Shown here piece after piece: positions 48,491 to 56,787 of a stretch of 64,000 nucleotides of DNA. A program made the translations under genes and the position numbers. The notes beneath the pieces were generated by a model. It was not told where the DNA came from. It searched no databases and worked only from the letters and a program-made list of their open reading frames with translations. This DNA is from an uncultured Thermoplasmata archaeon. GTDB lineage: Archaea; Thermoplasmatota; Thermoplasmata; Lutacidiplasmatales; UBA184. The stretch spans positions 32,812-96,811 of the forward strand of contig CAVVLX010000010.1 in assembly GCA_963749195.1 (NCBI GenBank). The letters run 5' to 3'. How positions within the stretch are numbered: the stretch's first letter is position 1; each line of letters opens with the position of its first letter.

Positions 48491-49333
48491 ATGAGCCGCG
48501 GCGTGGACGGGCCCCTTTGTGTTTCCGCACCGGAGACTGGCATCGCCCTCAAAGCGAACGCGGTCTCCTTTTCCTCTCGGGCGGCCGGCGCTCGCGGCGG
48601 AGCGCTAGAGCGAAGCGCGGGCGGTCTTCGTATCGTTTCCGGAGTCCCTTACGCCCTCTTCAATTGGGTTCTTCGAAGTCGTGTTTCTCGGTCGGAAACC
48701 GAGGCCCGAATCAAGGAAACGCTACGTTTCTTCCGGGATCGAAAGCTCCCGTTCATTTGGGGAATCTTCCCAAACGACAAGACGGCCGATCTTCGCGAGC
48801 GGTTGCTTGCCTCCGGCTTCAAACCGGAGGAAGTGCCAGCGATGGCGATTGACCTTAACCAACTACCGCGCCCTTCGTCCCCGTCGGGGCTCAAGATCGT
48901 CCCTGTGAAAACGAAGGGCGATATGGAGGTGTTCGCTCGAACGCTCAATGCCGGTGATTTCCAAGCGCCCGAAGAGATTGCGCGCGCGATTCCCAACATC
49001 TTGCGGCCCTCCTGGTCGGCCCGCGGCCCGGAACCGCATCTTCGATGCTTCGTGGGCTATCGAGATGGAGTGCCCGTTGCCACGTCCCTCCGCTTTCTTA
49101 GCGATGGGGTCGTTGGGATCTATGGAATAGCGACGGTTCCGGAGGCGAGAAATCGAGGTTTCGGGAGCGCGATGACACTCGCGGCCCTGGAAGACGGCCG
49201 CGCGCAGGGCTACCACGTGGGAGTTCTCGGCGCGACCGCGATGGGCGAGCCAATCTACCGCCGTCTTGGGTTCCAAGAGTTGTATCGAGTGACCCAGTTC
49301 GAGATTCCAGCCGAGGACTCTCTGACCTGCTGA
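48491..49333 (+). CDS. GNAT-family N-acetyltransferase (two-lobed)
   Basis: The C-terminal lobe is VGIYGIATVPEARNRGFGSAMTLAAL. The start is uncertain. Confidence 0.75.
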   Translation: MSRGVDGPLCVSAPETGIALKANAVSFSSRAAGARGGALERSAGGLRIVSGVPYALFNWVLRSRVSRSETEARIKETLRFFRDRKLPFIWGIFPNDKTADLRERLLASGFKPEEVPAMAIDLNQLPRPSSPSGLKIVPVKTKGDMEVFARTLNAGDFQAPEEIARAIPNILRPSWSARGPEPHLRCFVGYRDGVPVATSLRFLSDGVVGIYGIATVPEARNRGFGSAMTLAALEDGRAQGYHVGVLGATAMGEPIYRRLGFQELYRVTQFEIPAEDSLTC

Positions 49334-49564
49334 CCTTCCCATCGGTGAATCGGGGCGCGCCACCGGGCCAACTCGGCGCGATCCATTCCCATCTGTGCGG
49401 ACCAGGTCGCCCCATCGACGGGGCCCCGCCCGTCTTTAGAGGTGGCATGAGCGATTTGAGTGGTGCAAGCGACGTTAGGCCTAGCTTAGAAGGGGACGCT
49501 GTAGCCGACCTTGCCTTAGAAAACAACGGGCGATGAACTGCTGCACTCGGTCGGACGGTGTGGC

Positions 49565-50335
49565 CTAGGCTCCCCCGGACCAATTCGCGGTCTCCTCGTC
49601 CCGAGTGTACGGCATTTTTCGCTTGTTCCAAAGGATGAGGAGCCCTACCAAGAGAAGAACCGCGGCGATGACCGAAAGATACCATCCCACATCGGCCCCC
49701 CAGCTCACGGTCACGCCCCCTGTCGATATCGAATTCCAGAAGGAGGTGCACGGATTCGGGCTCGCGCCACAGCCCGCGCCCCCGAAGCCGGAAGTGCTGT
49801 CCGCGTTGAATGCCCCGGGTTGCCCTCCCGCCACGGCTGCGGGGAGGGCTGCGGCGCCTACAAAGGCGATGAATCCGAAGAGGAAAGTGATCGGCTGGAA
49901 TCTTCGGGTCTTGAAGGCGTTGAGCGCGCCGAGGTAACTCAACAGCATGGCGACGAATCCCGCGACGGTCGCGACCACGCCAACCGCGAGGACCGCTTCG
50001 TACAACTGCCCCACGTGGACCAGGCCGGCGGAGACGTAACTGGGGTACGACAAGTTAGAGCCGGTCTGAGCACGGTAATCGGCGCCTGGCAAGAATCCAA
50101 GGACCGTCGCGTGCCCACCCCCGCTCGCCGAGGCTCCCCACCAAGAGAGGGCCATTGATGCGGCCAACAGGATGGCGGCGAAGAGCAACAAGGTCGACGC
50201 GGTCAGTCGCGCCCCCTTCAGGGTGAGCTTGGCGCGGCGCTTGGTGAGCGTGAACGGCTGGATCGGGCTGGGCGGGGATGAGGGGGGTGGCAGGCTAGTA
50301 GGCTCGGGCTGCATGGTCTCCGATCGACCGGACAT
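49565..50335 (-). CDS. hypothetical polytopic membrane protein with Pro/Ser-rich N-terminus
   Basis: 256 aa with at least five hydrophobic helices. Confidence 0.6.
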   Translation of the reverse strand: MSGRSETMQPEPTSLPPPSSPPSPIQPFTLTKRRAKLTLKGARLTASTLLLFAAILLAASMALSWWGASASGGGHATVLGFLPGADYRAQTGSNLSYPSYVSAGLVHVGQLYEAVLAVGVVATVAGFVAMLLSYLGALNAFKTRRFQPITFLFGFIAFVGAAALPAAVAGGQPGAFNADSTSGFGGAGCGASPNPCTSFWNSISTGGVTVSWGADVGWYLSVIAAVLLLVGLLILWNKRKMPYTRDEETANWSGGA

Positions 50336-50674
50336 ACGTTATGTTGAGCCGAAACTCCCTCCCAATAACCTGTCGCTTTATCGGAAGCGGACCTGCGCAT
50401 CACCCGGTCGATCGAGGCCGTGGCTAGTAAGTGCATGCGAATCCGCGCGCCGGTTCGCGTCGGCCTTTTCCACAAAGCCAGGTATGCACAACTCCTGGCG
50501 AAACAAAGCTTGCACAAGCAGGTCCTGCGGAGTGCGGCCAGGCTCCCAACCGGTTCTGCGTCTCCTTCGGAGATGCTGTTTCAGTGCGGTGGTGGTTGCC
50601 CGCACGGGGACGCCTGGGAGTACTTCGTCATCACGGCCTCTGTTCGACTCGCTCGGATTATCTCCGAAACTGAG

Positions 50675-50681
50675 TTATATC
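50675..50681 (+). promoter_or_regulatory. TATA-like box TTATATC upstream of the antitoxin gene
   Basis: Identical heptamer to the box at 51412-51418. It lies 25 nt upstream of the second in-frame ATG (50703). Confidence 0.35.
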
Positions 50682-50690
50682 ATTTCTACC

Positions 50691-50936
50691 ATGGCAGCCA
50701 TTATGGCGAATGCGGACACGGTCACAAGTATTCCATTACACCAGTCCACACTGCGGGTGCTGCAAAGGGTCAAGAGTGCCGCCGAGACCTGGGACGAGTT
50801 CCTGATCAATCTCACCGACGATTACCTCTCGCCGTCCCTTCAAGCAGAGCTCGATCGAAGGCTGAAGAAGGATCGCGTAGTGACTGGCGCGGCAGCGCGC
50901 CGCGATTTTGAGGAGAGCCGAAAAAGTGCCCGTTAG
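50691..50936 (+). CDS. type II antitoxin (same short family as vapB at 39966), partner of the RelE/ParE-like toxin
   Basis: IPLHQSTLRVLQRVKSAAETWDEFLINL resembles the 39966 antitoxin N-terminus. The true start may be ATG 50703. The upstream 173 codons of track ORF 50172.. are rejected. Confidence 0.55.
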   Translation: MAAIMANADTVTSIPLHQSTLRVLQRVKSAAETWDEFLINLTDDYLSPSLQAELDRRLKKDRVVTGAAARRDFEESRKSAR

Positions 50937-51252
50937 GGGCCCCGCGCGCAGTGGTTGGCCCGACTTCACCGAAACGGCGTGGCGGGAGTTCCTCTCGCTC
51001 CCAACCGATGTTCAGGACGACCTCGTGCGAATCTTTTCCGAGTTAGTTGCCCACCCCAGCCGGCCATCCCCGACGTTGGACGTTGTACCGATACGAAACG
51101 ATCCAATCCGCTGGCGATTGAAAGTCACCGGTTATCGAGTCTTGTTCCAAATCAGGCAGAGACGTGCCTTGATCGAGGAAATCGAGCCCCGAACCGAATC
51201 TACTTACCTTCGGTTCGGTCGATACTCGACGGCCCATCCGAAGAAACGGTAG
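50926..51252 (+). CDS. RelE/ParE-family toxin
   Basis: WRLKVTGYRVLFQIRQRRALIEEIEPRTESTY matches the RelE/ParE C-terminal core. GTG 50926 has GGAG ~10 nt upstream and overlaps the antitoxin end by 11 nt. Confidence 0.7.
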   Translation: MPVRGPARSGWPDFTETAWREFLSLPTDVQDDLVRIFSELVAHPSRPSPTLDVVPIRNDPIRWRLKVTGYRVLFQIRQRRALIEEIEPRTESTYLRFGRYSTAHPKKR

Positions 51253-51304
51253 CTGGGCTGTGTCCCGAGTTCGTCCAATAGGGAGAGGGTGTGTGCGTGC
51301 GCGA

Positions 51305-51314
51305 TTGCACCCAC
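51305..51314 (+). other. copy of recurrent intergenic motif: TTGCACCCAC
   Basis: Exact core match, 128 nt upstream of ATG 51442. Confidence 0.5.
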
Positions 51315-51411
51315 GTACGCTCGACGACTGGCGGGTCGTGCTCGCGGTCCTGCTGGGCTCATCCGGCAGTTAGCCCGTCCCCGCCCCGAGTGCGCTCTCG
51401 ATCCGCACCTC

Positions 51412-51418
51412 TTATATC
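51412..51418 (+). promoter_or_regulatory. TATA-like box TTATATC, 27 nt upstream of ATG 51442
   Basis: It sits in the only strongly A/T-rich patch of the spacer (cttatatcgtatctaaaatgtagtat). Confidence 0.35.
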
Positions 51419-51441
51419 GTATCTAAAATGTAGTATGTTGT

Positions 51442-51681
51442 ATGACGCTCGTCCAGGCACAGATTCCAGAGTCGGAATACCGACTCCTTCGTCAGAGGGC
51501 CATGGCCTCGGGGAAACCCATGAAAGAGGTCGTGCGTCAGGCTCTGCATGCCTACCTTCAGGATGATACAGTGGATCCCCACGATCCGATCTTCCACATC
51601 TTCCCGTTAGGCGCGAGCGGAAAGAAGGGACACCGGACGGCTCGAGACCATGACAATGAGCTGTATGGGCCGGCGCGATGA
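51442..51681 (+). CDS. vapB: ribbon-helix-helix-type antitoxin (VapB-like)
   Basis: 79 aa: VQAQIPESEYRLLRQRAMASGKPMKEVVRQALHAYL. Its stop overlaps the toxin ATG (ATGA). Confidence 0.75.
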   Translation: MTLVQAQIPESEYRLLRQRAMASGKPMKEVVRQALHAYLQDDTVDPHDPIFHIFPLGASGKKGHRTARDHDNELYGPAR

Positions 51682-52082
51682 TTTTCATTGATACGAGTGC
51701 CTGGCTGGCTCTTGCAGACTCGCACGATCGCGATCACTCGCGCGCGACCGAGTTTTATCGTCGGATCGTCCGAGGGGAATTTGGGAAACAGGTGACCACC
51801 AATTACGTAATGGCCGAGACACTGACCATCATCCGACGGCGACTAGGCCTCCCTCCGGCGGTCGAACTGGCCAATGCGGTCCGAACTGGTAGAGAGGTGG
51901 AGATGTTCTGGATCGAGCCAGTGCACCATCACGAGGCGGTAGAGCTAATGTCCGCTCATGCTGATAAACAATGGAGCGTGACCGACTGCTCGAGTTTTGT
52001 GATCATGCGTTCGCTTGGGATCGAGAACGTATTCACCTTCGATCGAGATTTCGGCCAAGCTGGCTTCGCCGGAAGACCTTAG
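51678..52082 (+). CDS. vapC: PIN-domain ribonuclease toxin VapC
   Basis: 134 aa: MIFIDTSAWLAL, ...AETLTII..., SVTDCSSFVIM, TFDRDF. Confidence 0.9.
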   Translation: MIFIDTSAWLALADSHDRDHSRATEFYRRIVRGEFGKQVTTNYVMAETLTIIRRRLGLPPAVELANAVRTGREVEMFWIEPVHHHEAVELMSAHADKQWSVTDCSSFVIMRSLGIENVFTFDRDFGQAGFAGRP

Positions 52083-52273
52083 GGGCCTCGCTCGTTGTGA
52101 CAATGGGCACGACTTAGAGCAGTAGGCCGCATCGAGCCACTTCCGGCGGGTGAGATGTCGATTGCACCCGTCAGCATCCCTTTCACTGCTTGCGGTGGTG
52201 CAGCAACCTGGCCGGCGCCTCCAGTGGATAGCAAAACCGCGCCATTTTCTCGCACACAGGCTTAAAGGGCCGC

Positions 52274-54238
52274 GTGCTTCCGCCACTCGTGGAAGAGGGC
52301 CGCCGTCTCGCCGCGGTCATGTTTACCGACACCGTTGGGTTCACAGCGTCTACACAAGCTAACGAAGGTCGAACCCTTGAGGCGCTCCGCCAGCAGGCGG
52401 ATTTGCTTCGGCAGCTTCTCGCACTTCACCAGGGGCGTGAAATCAAATCGACGGGGGACGGCTTCCTCGTGGAGTTCGACAGCGCGCTCAAGGCCGTTCA
52501 ATGCGCAGTCAACATCCAGCGACGCATACACGAGCGGGATTCTGAAGGCGGTCAAACGCCCATTCGAATTCGGATCGGAGTCCATTTGGGGGATGTGGTC
52601 CAAAACGGGACCGACATCCTGGGAGATGCAGTGAACATCGCAGCCCGAATCGAGCCCCTCGCCGAGCCGGGGGGAGTTTGCGTTTCTGGCGCCGTCTACG
52701 ATCAGGTCCGAACCAAGGTCGCCGACAAGTTTGAGAAGCTTCAACCCAAAACGATGAAGGGGATCGAACTCCCGATGGATGTCTATCGGGTGCTGCTCCC
52801 CTGGACGAGCAATGGCGGGGGACAGGGGGTTGATGAGTCTCGTTCCGTCGACAAGAATCGTCTCGCAGTTCTCCCGTTCGCCAATATCAGCCCCGACCCC
52901 TCGGACGAGTATTTCGCCGATGGGCTGACCGAGGAGCTCATCGCGAATCTCTCGCTCGTGCCGGGCTTGAAGGTGATCGCCCGAACTTCGGTCATCGGCT
53001 ACAAGAAGACCGAGAAATCCGTCGCCACGATCGGGAAAGAGCTCGGGGTTGGCACTGTTGTGGAAGGGAGTGTCCGCAGGTCGGCCAACCGGATCCGCGT
53101 CACGGTCCAGGTGATCGACGTAGCTACCGAGGAACATCTCTGGACGGCGAAGTACGACGACGACCTCGACGACATCTTCGCCGTGCAAGGAGACATCGCG
53201 ACGAAGGTGGCCACTGCCCTCCCGGGAGGGTTGAAGAGGGAGAAGCCCACGATTCCCGAGCTCGCGAAACCCCGGGAAACAGAGACCTACCTTCTCTACC
53301 TCCAGGGCCAGGCTCTAATGTGGAAGACCGATGAGGATTCGCTGCGTCGTTCCCTCGAGTTCTTCAAGAAGGCGCTTCAGACCGACCCGACGTTCGCGCG
53401 AGCACATGCGGGTATGGCACGCGCGTACATCGGGCTCGGAACGGAGAATTTTATGTCGTGGCTGGACTCCTGCAATCTCGGCCGGGCGGCCGCCGAGAAG
53501 GCGACCGCACTCGACCCGGGCCTCGCCGAAGCTCGGGGCCTGCGCGCCGAGATCGCGTTCATGGCCGACGAGCCGGCCGACGTTCTCGACCGCGAGGTGC
53601 GGAAGGCGCTCGAGTTGAACCCCAACTTGGCTCAGGCGCATACGATTCTGGCCGCCCTCGCGGGGTCCCTCGGGATCGCGGAGGCCTACGTCGCGGAGAC
53701 CGAGGCGGCGTACCGGCTGGATCCTCTTTCGCCCCAAACGAGCCGATCCTTGGGGAACGCCTATTTCTTCTCGGGTCGGTTCGACGAGGCCCTGGCCCAC
53801 TGGAGGAAAACTATGGAGCAGGCCCCGATCGACGCCCTCCGTGGGATGACGGATTACTACGTGCTCAAGGGAGACTTCGAGGCGGCGGAACGAATGGTGA
53901 AGGAGTTGGAAGGCCTCGCTCCGTCCAGCGACTTTGCCCTTCTCTGCCGGGGATGGCTCTCGGCGGTGACGGGAGATCGATCCACCGCGATGAAGATGAT
54001 CGAGAAGCTTCAGGAGACCTCTCGCGAGGGATACGCGCGCCAGTCCTCGGTCGGATTCATCTATTATGCACTTGGCGACCTCGACCGGTTCTTCGAGGTC
54101 ATTTTTTCCACCGCGAAAGCGCATACAATGCAGGCTGGCCGGATCCGCATGTCCCCGTTATTTGCGGGAGCGAGGAGAGACTCGAGATTCGTCGAGCTCA
54201 TGTCGACCTACGGCCGACCCGTCCAGGCTCCGAAGTAG
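52274..54238 (+). CDS. class III adenylate/guanylate cyclase - TolB-N-like - TPR protein
   Basis: 654 aa. Cyclase motifs are VMFTDTVGFT and KSTGDGFLVEF. The middle segment is LAVLPFANISPDPSDEYFADGLTEELI. C-terminal TPR repeats follow. Confidence 0.9.
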   Translation: MLPPLVEEGRRLAAVMFTDTVGFTASTQANEGRTLEALRQQADLLRQLLALHQGREIKSTGDGFLVEFDSALKAVQCAVNIQRRIHERDSEGGQTPIRIRIGVHLGDVVQNGTDILGDAVNIAARIEPLAEPGGVCVSGAVYDQVRTKVADKFEKLQPKTMKGIELPMDVYRVLLPWTSNGGGQGVDESRSVDKNRLAVLPFANISPDPSDEYFADGLTEELIANLSLVPGLKVIARTSVIGYKKTEKSVATIGKELGVGTVVEGSVRRSANRIRVTVQVIDVATEEHLWTAKYDDDLDDIFAVQGDIATKVATALPGGLKREKPTIPELAKPRETETYLLYLQGQALMWKTDEDSLRRSLEFFKKALQTDPTFARAHAGMARAYIGLGTENFMSWLDSCNLGRAAAEKATALDPGLAEARGLRAEIAFMADEPADVLDREVRKALELNPNLAQAHTILAALAGSLGIAEAYVAETEAAYRLDPLSPQTSRSLGNAYFFSGRFDEALAHWRKTMEQAPIDALRGMTDYYVLKGDFEAAERMVKELEGLAPSSDFALLCRGWLSAVTGDRSTAMKMIEKLQETSREGYARQSSVGFIYYALGDLDRFFEVIFSTAKAHTMQAGRIRMSPLFAGARRDSRFVELMSTYGRPVQAPK

Positions 54239-54619
54239 GGCGAGCGGTTCTCAATCGCCTCCCATTGCGGGGACGGCAGGGTGGGGTGCAATCTTCCTGG
54301 CGCTGAGGGATAACCGCACTTTACGTCAGAAAACTGGCCTTTCACGCCGCATTTCGTGTCAGAAACCTGCGCCCCCGGGCTCGCTCCCGCCGGTCGCTCG
54401 CCGCGGCAGGGCCTCCACCTTTCATGTTAGCCAATATTCGTAGGACCTGAATCTCGGGTCGCTCAACGTACGCATCCGTCGTAATCAAAAATCCATCACC
54501 GTTCCGTCGGCTAAGCTAGTTCGGCGAGATCGTGAAACGGTCGGACTCTCAGCCCGCTAGGAGCACCCAAGGCTGAATCAATAACGGCGTCGTCGGAGTG
54601 AGCGAGTCCAGCAGCGTAC

Positions 54620-55021
54620 TTATCGCGTGAAGGAAATCTCAAAGGTACGGCTGTCGTCCGAGCTAAGGGGGCTCCCCCCTTCGTGCCATTTCGATCCGAA
54701 GTGGATCAGGGTCAGCAGGACGGGCAATACATCCGCGCCCTTCGGGGTAATCCGCCAAGCGATGTGACCCTTTCCCAACTCGGAGCGAGAGAGGAAACCG
54801 TTCGATTCAAGTTCCCTTAGTCGAATCGCCAAGATTCTCTTACTCATTCCGGGCGTCAGTCGACGTAGTTCATTGAACCTCTTGGCCCGGCCGAAGGCGA
54901 TATTCATGAACACTAGAAAACCCCACTTCCGGCCAAGAACTCCCAAACTCGATTGGATGGGATACGGACTGAAGTTCAGCTTGACGAGAATCCGTCCTCG
55001 TCCTCGACTTTTTCGAACCAA
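54620..55021 (-). CDS. HxlR-family winged-helix transcriptional regulator
   Basis: LGRKWGFLVFMNIAFGRAKRFNELRRLTPGMSKRILAIRLRELESNGFL. The TTG start is uncertain. It is divergent from SRPBCC-like copy 3. Confidence 0.8.
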   Translation of the reverse strand: MVRKSRGRGRILVKLNFSPYPIQSSLGVLGRKWGFLVFMNIAFGRAKRFNELRRLTPGMSKRILAIRLRELESNGFLSRSELGKGHIAWRITPKGADVLPVLLTLIHFGSKWHEGGSPLSSDDSRTFEISFTR

Positions 55022-55096
55022 GAATGTCCTACTTCCCTTCGCCTTCCCTTAGAAATAGTCTGACGAGATAAACCTCCGCACAGGGCGGGGGTTCCG

Positions 55097-55561
55097 ATGG
55101 TCTATCTGAAAGATGAGGGGAGCGCCTTCGACGCGCCGATCGACTTTGTGTGGAGCTATATCTTTGGAGGCGAAGGACATGATTCCAGCCACAAGACGAC
55201 CCGAAATTCGAAGTTTGGCAAGGTCTCCGATATCACGATCCTCTACGGATCGGAGCGTCTGCTTCGGGGAAAGTGGGCACCGGATCAGCTCCGGATTTCG
55301 ATGTTCCCGCCCATTTCCGTCGTTACCGAATGGCTGGAGGGCGTCCTCGCTGGATCGAAGCTAGTGTACCTGTACTCTCCTCAGGGGGAAAAGACTCGGA
55401 TCGACGTCTACGGTGAGTTCACGTCGAAGAGCCTGCCTCCCGAGGAGGTCGAAGCGGCTGCCCGAGAGTTCCTGGAGACGGAGTTCGCGGCCGATGCGCC
55501 GGTGATCCGCGAAGCGTACCTCAAGGCGAAGAAGAATGCTCCAAAGCACCACGGCAAGTAG
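55097..55561 (+). CDS. SRPBCC/Bet v1-like small protein, family copy 3
   Basis: 154 aa: MVYLKDEGSAFDAPIDFVWSYI, HDSSHKTTRN, LEGVLAGSK. Confidence 0.8.
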   Translation: MVYLKDEGSAFDAPIDFVWSYIFGGEGHDSSHKTTRNSKFGKVSDITILYGSERLLRGKWAPDQLRISMFPPISVVTEWLEGVLAGSKLVYLYSPQGEKTRIDVYGEFTSKSLPPEEVEAAAREFLETEFAADAPVIREAYLKAKKNAPKHHGK

Positions 55562-55702
55562 GCGCCCTCGATCAATCGCTGCACGCTTCATTGCGACCAG
55601 CCGCCATTAGCCGCTCGTGCCGAGGTTCGGCGCAGGTCGGTGCAAGGCGCGTTGCTCCTTGCCTCCGTTAGGCATAGAAGGGAGGTTCGCTTCGGCCTTC
55701 GC

Positions 55703-56458
55703 ATGTGCCACACGGACGACTCGAGGGCTCCCGAGCCCCCGCGCAAAGGGCCTATCGGCGACCATGGCGAACTCGAGTTGACCACATCGGACGGGAACAA
55801 GTTCCGAGCGTACCGTGCCTCCCCGGCGGCGGCCGCCGTGGGCGGAATGGTCATCCTCCCCGATGTTCGAGGGTTGCACCCCTACTACGAGGATCTCACG
55901 ATGCGTTTCGCCGAAGCCGGTTTCACAACCATCGCGATCGACTACTTCGGTCGAAGCGCGGGCCTTGGAAAGCGCGATGATTCGTTTGACTGGAAATCGC
56001 ACTTCCAAACTGTGACGCCTGAGGGGGTAGCGCACGACGTGCGCGCGGCAGTCGAAAGGCTCCGGGCGGACGCGAAGGACCCCAAGTTCCCGATCTTCAC
56101 TGTCGGATTCTGCTTCGGCGGAGCCAACTCCTGGCGGCAGTCCGGGGAGGGGCACGGACTCGCGGGTTGCATTGGATTCTACGGTGGCAAACCTATGGAC
56201 CGGGCTGGGCCGGCTATCCCGAAGATGACGGCCCCGCTCCTGATGCTGCTCGCCGGGGCTGACCAGGGGACACCGCCGGCCGAGTTCGTAGATTTCGCCA
56301 CGCAGGTCAAGGCGCGGGGTCTCGAGGTCGAATCCCACACCTATCCGGGCGCGCCCCACAGCTTCTTCGACCGCACTTTCGCCGAGCACCGAGAGGCCTG
56401 CCAGGATTCGTGGAAGCGAATCCTCGAGTTCACCGACCGGCACTCCGGCCGGACGTGA
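55703..56458 (+). CDS. dienelactone hydrolase family protein
   Basis: Trimmed to the ATG at 55703. Sequence features are GMVILPDVRGL, TVGFCFGG (nucleophile Cys) and YPGAPHSF. Confidence 0.85.
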   Translation: MCHTDDSRAPEPPRKGPIGDHGELELTTSDGNKFRAYRASPAAAAVGGMVILPDVRGLHPYYEDLTMRFAEAGFTTIAIDYFGRSAGLGKRDDSFDWKSHFQTVTPEGVAHDVRAAVERLRADAKDPKFPIFTVGFCFGGANSWRQSGEGHGLAGCIGFYGGKPMDRAGPAIPKMTAPLLMLLAGADQGTPPAEFVDFATQVKARGLEVESHTYPGAPHSFFDRTFAEHREACQDSWKRILEFTDRHSGRT

Positions 56459-56497
56459 TGCGGCTTGCTAAGTCGGCGGGAGTGGGTGCACTCTCGA

Positions 56498-56508
56498 TTG
56501 CAACCACC
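56498..56508 (+). other. copy of recurrent intergenic motif: TTGCAACCACC
   Basis: Exact core match, 40 nt after the DLH stop in a convergent spacer. A partial inverted copy GGGTGCAC sits at 56484-56491. Confidence 0.5.
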
Positions 56509-56787
56509 ATCCGAGGGGAGGGAATCAAGAACTTAGGGATCGAGCTGGCAGTTGGAAGAGATTACCAAGAATTCGTTAATTAAGACCGCTCCGAACAGAA
56601 TGTTAACGACGGCGAGTGCCGCGAGCGGTCTGCGTCTGAGAACTGCCACCCTAGCCGCCGAGCGCGAGGATCCCTGGAAAATTGTCAGATGCTATTGCAG
56701 TCAATCTCCGTGTACGCCAACAGCGGCGTGCTCGCGAGCTTCAAGGAACCGACTCTATCGACCGCCTACGTGCAACACCCGTTGCAC

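Noticed and set aside
50172-50690. The N-terminal 173 codons of track ORF 50172..50936.
   Set aside because: This part overlaps the 5' end of the minus-strand membrane-protein gene and its upstream spacer, and its composition is not protein-like. The antitoxin-like sequence and the TATA box start only at ~50675-50703.
39966-52082. A defence island or mobile element around the three TA modules.
   Set aside because: I recognised no integrase, transposase, recombinase, nuclease, helicase, Cas, RT or phage structural gene. There is no flanking tRNA or long direct repeat. The TA pairs appear to be solitary chromosomal modules.
52262-54124. Two long minus-strand ORFs (52262..53188 and 53315..54124) opposite the cyclase-TPR gene. 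The same applies to 55607..56443 opposite the dienelactone hydrolase.
   Set aside because: They are antisense to confidently assigned genes and I recognise no motifs in them.
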